Part shown: positions 37,632 through 50,039 of the stretch, piece after piece | Position numbering within the stretch: position 1 is the first letter of the stretch | Layout: the number at the start of each line of letters is the position of its first letter | NCBI RefSeq assembly: GCF_006345805.1 | Contig: NC_042998.1 | Location: forward strand, 12,648,001-12,712,000 | DNA length: 64,000 nucleotides | Reading direction: 5' to 3' | DNA from: Octopus sinensis | Taxonomy: Eukaryota | Notes under the pieces: model-generated | What the model was told of the DNA's origin: nothing | The model's database searches: none | What the model saw: the letters and a program-made list of their open reading frames with translations, nothing else | Position numbers and translations under genes: made by a program

Positions 37632-37877
37632 TGTCCTTTTAAGGCCTAACCATGCTCATTGGCCCGGTTTCCCGGTTTCAATGGCGTATGTGTTCCCCAG
37701 CTGGACGGGACGCCAGTCCATCGCAGCGTTACTCATTTTTGCCAGCTGAGTGGACTGGAGCAACGTAAAATGAAGTGTTTTGCTCAAGAACACAACGCGT
37801 CGCTCATTCCAGGAAAGGAAATCACAATCTTACGATCATCATGCTGACACCCTTACCACTAAGCCTCGCTTCTCCAC
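37632..37877 (-). mobile_element. SINE group C, body type d
   Basis: Homologous to 9262-9510. Confidence 0.85.
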
Positions 37878-38945
37878 AGTATATGTAATACATTCCGAAT
37901 AACAGAGAAGGAAAACTGCGGACACGTGCCTTCTTTCTGCTTACACAGATGATTGTAAATATAACAGTGGATGTAACTTCTAAGGTTTAAAATTCAAAAT
38001 TTCTAAGAACATAGCATCATTTAACTTAGATAAATTTTAATGCAATTATAATGAGAAGAAAATTGTTTTAAATGTCCATCGTAGAAACTTCACTTCAGAA
38101 TTAAATTTGACGTATGAAAAAATATAATGAAGTAAACTTTGTATACACATTGTATATGACCCTGATACAAACCCTGTAAGCCTAGTAGACTGGTAGAAGG
38201 AAGAGAAAAATTTACCCTTGTAGCAGAATCACTGCTTAGATACGTTCACCAGGATGGATTCCGTAAAAATACTTTCAAGTGCCGGGGGGAGATGGCGGTG
38301 CGAAACTGATCTATGGATTAGTTCTAAATCATAAAATAGGAATGTTTTCTGGAGAAAAATTGACACAATTACCATTTCTTAAATTTTACTAAAATGGTTT
38401 TAGTCGCCGCGAGGTATGACAGGTTCCACAACGTCACCATACAATTTTGAAGTTAAAATTTTAATAACATCATATGGCCATTATTAGACCAACGGTCTGA
38501 AGGAGACGACTAACGTATGCGATATGAAATGTCATTGGTGAGAAATAAAATCACCAGAAAGTGGTAGTCTGCCTAGTGACTATAAAGGTTTGATTGCGTC
38601 AGGCTTCCTTGGAGCATATAGGTGATTGGTGCAATTAAGCCTTCAATGCCCCGTGCACGCTTTGGCGTCTGGAACTTCGCTCGGCTTTTCTCTCAGAAAC
38701 AGGCGACTATATGGTTTTATTCTAACGTTTGAAAATAATGACGTTTATGCACATTTGCTAAGCGTATACACACAACGCTCTGGTTGCCTGATTTTTCATC
38801 TTCCAGAGGCATAATCACACGATATCATCCCCGTTATAGAGTGCTTGTGATTTCAAAACGTTCGCTTCCACGTATTAAATAGAATCTTACAATAATTCCA
38901 CACGTGTACTCTATGTACTGCCTTTATGGCAAATGTTATGAAATA

Positions 38946-39084
38946 AAGTAGCTTACCAACAACATGGTTCTGGGTTCAGTCCCGCTGTGTGACACCTAGG
39001 GCAAGTGTCTTCTACTATAGCCACGGGACGACCAAAGCCTTGTGAGTGGATTTGGTAGACGGAAACTGAAAGAAGCCCGTCATA

Positions 39085-39158
<74 letters not shown>

Positions 39159-39391
39159 CATATGTATGTGTGCGTATATGTTTGTGTGTCTGGGTTTGTC
39201 AACCCAACATCACTTGACAACCGATGCTGGTGTGTTTAAGTTCCCGTAACTTAGTGGTTCGGCAAAAAAAACCGATAGAATAAGTACTTTAGCTTACAAA
39301 GAATAAGTCCTGGGGGCGATTTGATTCGACTAAAGGCGGTGCTCCAGCATGGTCACAGTCAAATGACTGAAACAATTTAAAGAGTAAAAGT
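38946..39391 (+). mobile_element. SINE group A, 5'-truncated
   Basis: Starts at AAGTAGCTTACCAA; core and tail present. Confidence 0.88.
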
Positions 39392-39463
39392 GTATGTGTA
39401 TGAACAACATTGAGGACTTGGATGAGAACTGATGTGCTTATGTTCACTGAAAACACGGGTGAT

Positions 39464-39783
39464 GGATGGAAGCACTCCGTCGGTTACGACGACGAGGGTT
39501 CCGGTTGATCCGAATCAACGGAACAGCCTGCTCGTGAAATTAACGTGTAAGTGGCTGAGCACTCCACAGACACGTGTACCCTTAACGTAATTCTCGGGGA
39601 TATTCAGCGTGACACAGAGAGTGACAAGGCCGACCCTTTGAAATACAGGTACAACAGAAACAGGAAGTAAGAGTGAGAGAAAGTTGTGAAAGAGTACAGC
39701 AGGGATCACCACCATCCCCTGCCGGAGCCTCGTGGAGCTTTAGATGTTTTCGCTCAATAAATACTTACATCGCCCGGTCTGGG
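39464..39783 (-). mobile_element. SINE group C, tail type a, 5'-truncated with TSD
   Basis: Homologous to 43378-43763; 13-bp TSD AAACACGGGTGAT (39451-63 and 39784-96). Confidence 0.9.
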
Positions 39784-40042
39784 AAACACGGGTGATAATG
39801 ACATTGAAGATGATGCAGAAGACTTTGATGGTGCATGAAAGTTTAAAGAACTACTGCATCTTGAAGATATTTGATGAGCGACTGGAAAACGAATAAACTT
39901 AATGAACTGTGGAAGCGAGAATGATCATAATAACTTGGTGTCGTTATCACATGAATCAATCTTGGCGATTAGTGAGAGTGAACTATTCTTACGCTCAGAT
40001 ATCAATTTCGAAGACAAAATTAGAAAGTGGGATGTAGTTAGT

Positions 40043-40466
40043 CTTTACTCTTTACTCTTTTACTTGTTTCAGACATTTGACTGCGGCCATGCTGGAGCAC
40101 TGCCTTTAGTCATGCAAATCGACCCCAGCATTTATTCTTTGTAAGCTTAGTACTTATTCTATCGGTCTCTTTTGTCGAACTGCTAAGTTACGGGGACGTA
40201 AACACACCAGCATCGGTTGTCAAGCGATGCTGGGGGGACAAATACAGACACACAAACGTATACACACACACACACACATATATACATATATAAATATATG
40301 CGATGGGCTTCTTTCAGTTTCCGTCTCACAAATCCACTCACAAGGCTTTGGTCGGCCCGAGGCTATAGTAGAAAACACTTGCCCAAGGTGCCATGCAGTG
40401 GGAAGGAATCCCAGAACCTTGTGGTTGGTAAGCAATCAACTTACTACACAGCCACTCCTGCGCCTA
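40043..40466 (-). mobile_element. SINE group A
   Basis: Family motifs. Confidence 0.9.
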
Positions 40467-40502
40467 GTTGAGAGAAAAATGAACTCAACTATGAATGACG
40501 TT

Positions 40503-41204
40503 AAGATATTTGTCATAGATTTTGTGGTTCATATTAATGTAAATGAAGCAAGATATTTGTCATAGATTTTGTGGTTCATATTAATGTAAATGAAGCAAGA
40601 TATTTGTCATAGATTTTGTGTTCATATTAATGTAAATGAAGCAAGATATTTGTCATAGATTTTGTGGTTCATATTAATGTAAATGAAGCAAGATATTGTC
40701 ATAGATTTTGTGGTTCATATTAATGTAAATGAAGCAAGATATTTGTCATAGATTTTGTGGTTCATATTAATGTAAAAGAAGCAAGATATTTGTCATAGAT
40801 TTTGTGGCTCATATTAATGTAAATGAAGCAAGATATTTGTCATAGATTTTGTGGTTCATATTAATGTAAATGAAGCAAGATATTTGTCATAGATTTTGTG
40901 GTTCATATTAATGTAAATGAAGCAAGATATTTGTCATAGATTTTGTGGTTCATATTAATGTAAATGAAGCAAGATATTTGTCATAGATTTTGTGGTTCAT
41001 ATTAATGTAAATGAAGCAAGATATTTGTCATAGATTTTGTGGTTCATATTAATGTAAATGAAGCAAGATATTTGTCATAGATTTTGTGGTTCATATTAAT
41101 GTAAATGAAGCAAGATATTTGTCATAGATTTTGTGGTTCATATTAATGTAAATGAAGCAAGATATTTGTCATAGATTGTGCGGCTACATTAGCGTAAATG
41201 AAGC
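40503..41204. repeat. 47-bp minisatellite, 15 copies
   Basis: Unit AAGATATTTGTCATAGATTTTGTGGTTCATATTAATGTAAATGAAGC; 14 near-identical copies plus a diverged last copy; no spacers. Confidence 0.97.
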
Positions 41205-42732
41205 AAACAAAAACCGCTTCAGAAGAGCAGGGGACATAACTCTTGGTCTAAAACTCATACAAGATACGGACAAACTGGTCTACAATTTTCTTAAGATATC
41301 TAGATATAGGGGCACTTTAGAAGAAAAATAGGATGTTATGATGTACATGACTATTTTGGACACAAAAAATAGCATTATGGTGATGAAAGAAACGAAAAGT
41401 AGTGATGAAGTGTCGTATTAGTCTCTCGATATCGGGATATCATAAACGTCATCAAGAAATATGATTACAGAATTCATCTCACATTATATACAATAACTAG
41501 AGCTGATTATTTCTCTCTGTGAATATCAAAAATATTCAAAGAAAAACTGAAAAACTAGAAATTAAGTACGACAAGGGATTTAATATAGCGGTATATGTAT
41601 TGATGGGGCTAAATTTGAGTGATGACACCTTCATTATTCATTCTGAAAAGAGATTGGCTTCCTGTGTACACTTGAGATACGCATGACACTTCAGTTTGTC
41701 TTCTAAAATATACAGTTCGTTTCAGACTTGTTACTTCCGAGTTATTTCAGCTGGCGTGATTTGAGCTGAGTTATAGGAAATGGCAAAACTAAACTAGGGA
41801 ATAAAATATTTATCAGCTGTATTTCATTTTGACAAGATACGTTATTTAGCGTTGGATATAGCGCATATGTCGACTGGGAAAGACCTCAGCATCTGTACCA
41901 TATCAAAATTATATTCGACAATATGAGTAGCGCTTCTTCAGCCGTGTCTTAATTTCGTTGTAAAGATACTAGGCCTGAAGCCGTTAGATTTAGCCCAGTA
42001 TATTTAGTTCGAACTGTGTATAACAAAGGAGAATGTTTTAACTCTAAAATGAAGTGTTTGTGTTTTAATGACAGCCTCAACTATAATAAAATTGTTAACC
42101 ACAAAGACAGCACTTCGATTCTATTAATATTACACCGGATGGATTTACAGAAAGATTAAATATCACATAACTCTTAAGCATTTATACTCCATCAAATAGG
42201 GATGTCCTCTATAACTTTGTTATCATCAGACGATTAGGTTTTAACGCATAAATGAACAAATTCTGCCCAATTTACTTTGAAATGATAAATGAAAAAGACA
42301 TACGTCAAATTATAGTGCGATACAGAGACATAGCTTCAGGGAGATTAACTTTCTTTTTGATGCACCAACCAAACATAATATAATCACTAGTTTAGAGCTA
42401 TTGGTAAAATTGCACAAGGTTTGGCTGCCTGAATCTCTTCACGATTGCTCTTTTCTATTCATCACTTATCTATTTTATTATCAATCGATGAAACTATCTA
42501 GATACAATTGTGATGCGACTTTCGGACTGTCCAGAGGCAATTTCTCAAGTCGCTTGCTAGCAATTTAACCGAACAACCACGAAAGTTTCTCTTATTTTGA
42601 ATCCTCTATCTCTAAGTTTTGGGAATTTTGGGGTTATTTTGTACCGTATACATACAAAGTCCTATCGACAAATATTCGTAACTGCACAATATATCTATTA
42701 ACAAATATACACAATATTTTAACCAAGTTTTC

Positions 42733-43136
42733 AAGGAGTGGCTATGTGGTAAGTAGCTTGCTAACCAACCACATGGTTGCGGGTTCAGTCCCACTGCGTG
42801 GCATCTTGGGCAAGTGTCTTCTGCTATAGCCTCGGGCAGACCAATGCTTTGTGAGTGGATTTAGTAGACGGAAATTGAAAGAAGCCTGTCGTATATATGT
42901 ATATATATATATGTGTATGTGTGTGTTTGTGTGTCTGTGTTTGTCCCCCAAGCATTGCTTGACAACTGATGCTGGTATGTTTACGTCACCGTCACTTAAC
43001 GGTTCGGCAAAAGAGACCGATAGAATAAGTACTGGGCTTACAAAGAATAAGTACCGGGTCGATTTACTCGACTAAAGGCGGTGCTCCAGCATGGCCGCAG
43101 TCAAATGACTGAAACAAGTAAAAGAGTAAAAGAGTA
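42733..43136 (+). mobile_element. SINE group A
   Basis: Family motifs; a tail fragment is repeated at about 43182-43211. Confidence 0.9.
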
Positions 43137-43377
43137 ACTAAAGTACAGCAATATTCTTCTCTATTTTCATATGATACTCCACAAATGACTGAAACGAGTA
43201 AAAGAGTAAAGTGAAGCAAATTACAACTTCATGTCGTACCATGATTAAGCACGTGGATAAACTCACTCAAATCTTTTTATCGACCGCAGCCGACTATGAA
43301 CAGCAACGGCAACTACACCAAGAAGCAAATCAGTAGCCAAAATGACAACAATTACAATGACTACCACAACAATGGGG

Positions 43378-43763
43378 ATGGAAGCACTTCGTCGGTTACG
43401 ACGACGAGGTTTCCGGTTGATCCGATCAACGGAACAGCCTGCTCGTGAAATTAACGTGTAAGAGGCTGAGCACTCCACAGACAAGTGTACCCTTTAACCT
43501 AGTCCTCGGGGATATTCAGCGTGACACAGAGAGTGACAAGGCCAGCTCTTTGAAATACAGGTACAACAGAAACAGGAAGTAAGAGTGAGAGAAAGTTGTG
43601 GTGAAAGAGTACAGCAGAGATCACCACCATCCCCTGCCGGAGCTCGTGGAGCTTTTAGGTGTTTTCGCTCAATAAACACTCACAACGCCTGGTCTGGGAA
43701 TCGAAACCGCGATCCCACGACCGCGAGTCCGCTGCCCTAACCACTGGGCCATTGCGCCTCCAC
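43378..43763 (-). mobile_element. SINE group C, tail type a, full length
   Basis: Head GTGGAGGCGCAATGGCCCAGTGGTTAGGGCAGCGGACTCGCGG; tail CACGAGCAGGCTGTTCCG..CTCGTCGTCGTAACCGACGAAGTGCTTCCA. Confidence 0.9.
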
Positions 43764-43812
43764 ACCACAACAATAACCTCTAAGCCACAGTCGACTCACC
43801 ACCATCTCTTTA

Positions 43813-44224
43813 ACTCTTTTACTTGTTTCAGTCATTTGACTGTAGCCATGCTGACGCACTGCCTTTAGTCGAGCAAATAGACCCCAGGACTTATATCGTT
43901 GCAAGCCTAGTATTTATTCTATCGGTCGCTTGTGCCGAACCGCTAATTTACGGGGAGGTAAACACATCAGCATCGGTTGTCAAGTGATGTTGGTGGGGGG
44001 GGACAAATACAGATACACAAACATACACACACACACATACATATATAAATATATATATATATACATATATACGACGGGCTTTCTTCAGTTTCCGTGTACC
44101 AAATCCACTCCCAAGGCTTTGGTCGGCCCGAAAGAAGACACTTGCCCAAGGTGCTACGCAGTGGGACTGAACCCAGAATATGGTTGGTAAGCAAGCTACT
44201 TACCATGCAGCTACTCCTGCGCCT
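43813..44224 (-). mobile_element. SINE group A
   Basis: Family motifs; the 5' end is partly duplicated at 44225-44247. Confidence 0.88.
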
Positions 44225-44559
44225 ATCCACACAGCCACTCCCGCACCAATGATATTTTCATTACTGCTGTTGTCTTCCATTAAACTACTAAAAATTACTA
44301 CTACTACTACTACTACTACTAACTTCAACCACTCCTTATTTCACCGTCCCCAACGACGCTGCCCCAAAGTCAACGCTACCAGACAAAACTTCAACTGTTA
44401 CCGCTCCCGCTGCCAGTGACCAATCTCCCACCACTCTTTTCTCCCTCTCCCACCACAACTCTTGGCAAAATTGGAATCAAGCCTGTTGATTTTGTTTTTG
44501 CTCTCGCTGGGTGCTTTCTTATAACCCTGAGTTGTGAGATGAGTACGTATTGGTACTGC

Positions 44560-45480
44560 TGCAACAGAGTAAGTTTATATTGAGATCTTGCCGTTTGCTG
44601 GTAGCATTGATTTTAATAGTACGGAGAGTCCTGGGTGAGATACGTGAACATACGATCTTACCGTGGATGCAAATCAATACAGTCGGCAAAACTCTGTGTA
44701 AACATAACCTCAGCCACCAAATAATCCTTGATCAGTTAAATTATTTTTTATCCGCGCGGAACCTGGCAAAATTATTTCAGAAAACTAAAGTACCTTGGCT
44801 ATCATAAAGCACCAATCCCTGTCATTACCTCAGTACAAAAGCTACCCTCCTCGCTGCTATTAAGCCATCAGTCTGTTTCGTAACCCTTAAAAACGTGTAA
44901 TCAAACCACTTTTCTAGTCTCAACAATTCTCTGAATGCACGAGGCATCAGTCTGTCCTACACTGCAAAATGATAGAAAATTCAATTCAGTGAATATTGTA
45001 TTGTCGATCACCCTCATCGCACTTCTTTCTTTATCCTTTTAAAGAACTTCTTTGACAAGTACCATTTGGAAGCTGAAATAAGAGTGAGGTATTCGAGCGG
45101 AGCACATTGGTAGAAGAAAGAGAGTTGTCTTTTCTTACCCAACTTATATGCTGCTGATAAAAATTTCTCATTCTCCAATATCTTTTGCGAGTCAGTGTTA
45201 ATGTATGAAACAAACTAATAACAGCAATAATTGTGCTCTAAGCGTTGCTTCAAGCGCCACTACTGTGTTTCAAAGATTGTCACTTGAACACGTCTTCCAT
45301 CACACGGTGTCAGTCAAATAAAATTTTAATGATGAGCGACATCAGTTTCTCATGTGTTGATTGGTCTACTCATATCTTGAAATCAAATGCGTGCGCATTT
45401 CAACCGAAGACAAATCAACAGTGAAATCACTATTAAAATTCGTAGAATCTTTCCTGTCCCAACTCGCACGCGTGCAAACG
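44560..45480 (-). pseudogene. Tigger/jerky-type (pogo) transposase fossil
   Basis: Weak CENP-B HTH-like segment. ILENEKFLSAAYKLGKKRQL resembles EKxAxGYKxxKxRLT; KWFDYTFL resembles EWFxxxFVP; ILPGSARIKNNLTDQGLF resembles FLPPNxTSxIQPMDQGVI. All in order. Confidence 0.55.
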
Positions 45481-45504
45481 AAGTTTAACAAAAATAAATT
45501 AGTC

Positions 45505-45808
45505 TTGTTTGTTCCTCCTCGAGCCATGCGTGGCTCATTAGAGCCGGTTTCCCGGTTTCCTTGGCGTATAGGTTCTCCACTTGGACGAGACGCCGGTCCG
45601 TCGCAGGTGAGCGGCAAGATGCAGGAGGAAAGAGTGAGAGAAAGTTGTGGCGAAAGAATCAGCAGAAGTTCGCCATTACCTTCTGCCGGAGTCGCATGGA
45701 GCTTAGGTGTTTCGCTCATAAACACACACATCGCCCGGTCTGAGATTCGAACCCGCGATCCCTCAACCGCGAGTCCGCTGCTCTAATCACAAGGCCATGT
45801 ACCTCCAC
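45505..45808 (-). mobile_element. SINE group C, tail type b
   Basis: Homologous to 35228-35539. Confidence 0.88.
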
Positions 45809-45809
45809 G

Positions 45810-45942
45810 TTGGTACTTAATTTATCGACCCCGAAAGGATGAAAGGCAAAATCGGCTTCGGCGGAATTTGAACTCAGAACGTAAGACACGAAATACCGCT
45901 AAGCATTTCGTCCAGCGTGCTAACGATTCCGCCAGCTCGCCG
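45810..45942 (-). mobile_element. SINE group B, 3'-truncated
   Basis: Head and core up to AAGTACCA, directly followed on the minus strand by the SINE-C head. Confidence 0.82.
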
Positions 45943-45959
45943 CTCTACATTAGACTTAG

Positions 45960-46770
45960 TGTTAAGTAAACAGACTAACACTCTTCTCAATATTGCAGTG
46001 GCCAGAAAAAAAAATAGAAAAGAAAAGCTCTTCTTTCCGATCACAATATAATTCTCTGCTGCCAAAAGTGATACATGATCTCACTCCAGCCATAGACTTT
46101 TGACCTTATTGATCTTCACTTTGCTAACTGGAATGCAATCACCCACGACCTTTTACTTGCTAGATGGTCTTTCACACTCTCGCATACCAAGCAGCATCTA
46201 TTCATCATCGCAGTTATTTATGGTCATTTTCATAAATATATGTTCACACCACACTCCACTATTGTCCACGAACAAAACTAAATACAAGCAACCACTTAGA
46301 AAGATAAATTCTTTAGAATTCGCGGTTTAGAGACGTTTCTATCAATATCAGTCTCTTTTCTACCGTCATTAGTCCTTACTCTGAAAACTGTAGTACAATG
46401 CGATCTCCTTATAGAAAACAAAATGTTATAAAAACTGAAGCACCCAAAGATTAATCTTACACAGAAAAACAATAGACGACATGATAAATCTTGATTACCA
46501 GGATCAGTTCAAGAAGCTCATATTTATTTCCTCCAACACTACAATGAGTGCTATATCATTTGTATCATGTAGAGAACTTTCTAACAGTATTTCCAAAATG
46601 GTATTGGCATGAACTTTAAAATTTTCCGAAGGCATGTTCTCCATAAACTCCGTCCTCTACAAAAATGAAGCTCACTCCGCATCACAATACTATGACAATT
46701 ATTTCACCTCAACACTCTGCAAAAATAATTCACTATTTCAATAGGCAGTGAGGTCCAAAGAATGACTGCA
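45960..46770 (+). mobile_element. CR1-clade LINE fossil, internally deleted
   Basis: LIDLHFANWNAITHDL resembles LNFHKADWxxIxxDL, and INICSHHTP is present; otherwise very degenerate. Confidence 0.4.
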
Positions 46771-46783
46771 ATATGGAAAATCA

Positions 46784-46999
46784 TTAAGGCAGCGAGCTGG
46801 CAGAATCGTTAGCACGCCGAGCGAAATGCTTAGCAGTATTTCGTCTGTCTTTACGTTCTGAGTTCAAATTCCGCCGAGGTTGACTTCGCCTTTCATCCTT
46901 TCGGGGTCAATAAATTAAGTACCGGTTGCGTATTGGGATCGATATAATCAACTTGCTTCCTCCACCAATATTTCGGGCCTTGTGCCTAAGGTAGAAAAG
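46784..46999 (+). mobile_element. SINE group B (tail 2) with TSD
   Basis: 14-bp TSD AATATGGAAAATCA (46770-83 and 47000-13). Confidence 0.9.
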
Positions 47000-47767
47000 A
47001 ATATGGAAAATCACTAAATGACTTTTCCAGAGAGTGCTATTAATTTAGTCATGACCGGAACCAATACTGTTGGAAACTTATCTAAGTGTCTACGTATAGA
47101 TGTACAACAGTATTTCTTTCCGCTTATTATGACGAATATTATTTTGTAAGTGTAAATGTTAAATCCTGCATCCTACTGACGAAACGGATAAATTTAAGCA
47201 ATACAAAATAATCAGTTCATCACTCTATTACCTCTCTACTTTATCAGTTCTGCTGATTGTTGCTTCTGTTTCATATATCTATTAACAGATATATATAAAA
47301 TTATAATAGATAATATGAAACTGATAGATAGAAAATATCGAACTGCATAGGATTTCCAACGCTTATCTTCAAGTAAAAATATTTATAAAAGAAACACCTG
47401 CGCTAAAACTTTTGCTTATTCATCATAGTATATTCTAGATTATAAACATTTAAATTATTTTTTGTACACATACAAGTTTATGAGAGAACAATAAAAAAAA
47501 ACTGCAGTGATATACATAATATAAAATGTAATTCATAGTAGTAAACGATTAGATCTATTAAAACAGGTGTATGAAACTATATGTTAACCGTATGCCAATG
47601 AGAAAATGTCAGAAAATTATATTTATTCGGTGCAAAGTCTGTTTCGGAAAAAATATTAAATATCGAGTTAATATTACATTTGCAAAACGATATCGTATTA
47701 AGTGTTATGTAGGTAATGTAGTCGATAAATATTCCAAGTAAGAATCTGATGTTTTCGAAATTCTAAT

Positions 47768-47901
47768 TATATATATAACTTTTTTTGAGAATGAGATAAA
47801 AACCAACGCTGTGAAGATTTTAGAAGATTTATAAATGTTCTTAAATCTTCACAGCCTTGGTTTTTTTTTACCTCATTCTGAAAAAAAGAATTATGTATAT
47901 A
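47768..47901. repeat. Imperfect palindrome of about 130 bp
   Basis: AGAATGAGATAAAAACCAACGCTGTGAAGATTT..TTTA|TAAA..AAATCTTCACAGCCTTGGTTTTT..ACCTCATTCT. Confidence 0.85.
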
Positions 47902-48041
47902 CACGCTGATATATGACCTACATTGGACTCCTTATTCGCATAATCACCGAACCTGGAGCTTAACTATGATCTATCCATAGCACTTACTCAGCATTACCTG
48001 ATAACTTTAAGTCTTACTGACACCATTACCTCTCATAACCT

Positions 48042-48079
<38 letters not shown>

Positions 48080-48214
48080 GAGTTATATATGCAAAAAAGT
48101 AAGCGTATATACAGTTAAAATGAAGAAAGAATTTCATTGCGAGGCGTAACACTGATTAAATAAAATAAGTATTGAAAAGATTTCACAAAAACTAATATTA
48201 ATCGATTTGATAAC

Positions 48215-48643
48215 CTTTTCTACTATAGGTGCAAAGCCTGATATTTGGGAAGAGGTGGGGTTTATTGAATTATATCCATCACAGTGCTCAACTTGTGATT
48301 ATTTCATCGACCGTGAAAGGATGAAAACTTAAGTCAACCTTGGGAAAATTTGAACGCAAAGCGTAAAGACGGGAGAAATCCTGCTAATGGTTTTGTCTGG
48401 CGTGCTAACGATTCTGTCTAGTCGTTGCCTTTATATTCAAATTTTGACACAACACCATCAGTTTTAGGGAGAGAGTCAAATCGATTACATCGATCCCAGT
48501 ACTCAACTGGTGCTGATTTTATCGAACCCGCAAAGATGAAAGGCAAAAATCAACTTCGAATTTCAACTGGGAATATAAAGTCGGAAGAAACGTTGCGAAA
48601 CAATTTATCCGGCGAGCTAACGATTCTGCAAACTCACCGCCTT
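48215..48643 (-). mobile_element. Two adjacent diverged SINE group B copies
   Basis: Two heads (about 48428 and 48643) and two cores, with different tails. Confidence 0.75.
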
Positions 48644-49537
48644 TAATCAATTTAATAGAAATAATGACGATTCGTTGATTATTTTTTGCTGCAGTAGAAC
48701 TATAAGTCTACTTAAGCGACCATAGGGAATTCCTGGAATACAAAACATCGAATGACTATCCAATAATCTGAGGACGGGGTAATGTTTATTACTAGGAAAT
48801 TGAGATGTTGTGTAAATACATTCTGATTAACTAGTGTTATATTTAGAATGGGGTCCATGTCACCAGTTGTCAACTTTCTCAAATGTATATTTTGTATGAC
48901 CCAGGGAACCCCTAAAGGTTTAGCATGAAAAATATTCTCATTAACTATATTTATGAATATAGAAATGATATTTATCTACTCAGATATATATCACATCAGT
49001 TGATTGAATAGAACTTTACTAGTTGATGAATATCTGGTTCTGATATTTACTATAAGATTATGAAGACAAAATATATTTCCTGTGTTTTAATAAATGCGTA
49101 AGTAATAAATATTGTGAAAAAGACCTACATATAGTCATTAACATTTCAAACGCAAAATAAGGAATAAAAGATATCTGAAGAAGAAAAAAAAAACGTGTAA
49201 CGAAGTAAGAAATATATTTGTGAATATATAGTCGCTTTCCAAATACATAGACATTTCATACGTGACCACATGCGGCTGCGTACATAGACTAAAAAAGAAA
49301 AAGAGAGAAAAACAAAACGGTAAAGAAGCACAAATATAAAAACACTATAGATGTATACAGGCGTACATATATGTGTGTGTGTGAGCATGCGTGTTTGTTT
49401 GTGTGTGTGTGAGTGTGTGTATGCGTTTGTGTTTGTGTATACGTATGTTGGTTGAAAAAGTAAATTTATGAGAATAGACACGTATAAAGATACATCTGTC
49501 TATATATATCCGACTTTGTATGATTGTGTATAGAAGA

Positions 49538-49863
49538 ATATATTAATCAATGAAATTCCAACTTGGTCTGATTTGCACAATTTATTATTTGCAATGTTTA
49601 ACATTTTAAAATTTTACTATTTTACAATATTGAAATATACTAGTACTTTCATGCATTACACAATCATCAGGTTTATGTAGGGACAGTCGTGTTCCACAAC
49701 TGACGACTGTTGTCTGATGACTGCGTAACGGATGAAATTACTGGTTCGATTCAATATTACATAATTGCAAAAGTTTAAATTTGTAAAAGTTTAAAATTGA
49801 AAAAATTTGCAAATAATAAAACGTGCATATCAGACTATTTTGGAACTTCATTGATTAATATAT
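49538..49863. mobile_element. Old PLE-type inverted repeat with a degenerate hammerhead in each arm
   Basis: Arms ATATTAATCAATGAAATTCCA.. and ..TGGAACTTCATTGATTAATAT. CTGATGA..GAAA-GTAC-TA on minus (about 49636-70) and CTGATGA..GAAA-TTAC-TG on plus (49714-45). Confidence 0.7.
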
Positions 49864-49865
49864 GT

Positions 49866-49929
<64 letters not shown>

Positions 49930-50039
49930 TGAGTGTTTGTGCGTATGTGAGTGTGTGTAAGTGTGCCTTTCTATGTATAAGTAATGCTATCTACATATCT
50001 ATCTTTACGTTAATAAATAGTTATATTTGATATAAACAA

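Noticed and set aside
40503-41204. CRISPR-like array
   Set aside because: The units are contiguous with no unique spacers, there are no cas genes, and the context is eukaryotic.
45020-45214. Apparent two-exon minus-strand coding pair with a 66-nt intron
   Set aside because: It reads through in frame and fits the surrounding Tigger-like transposase fossil.
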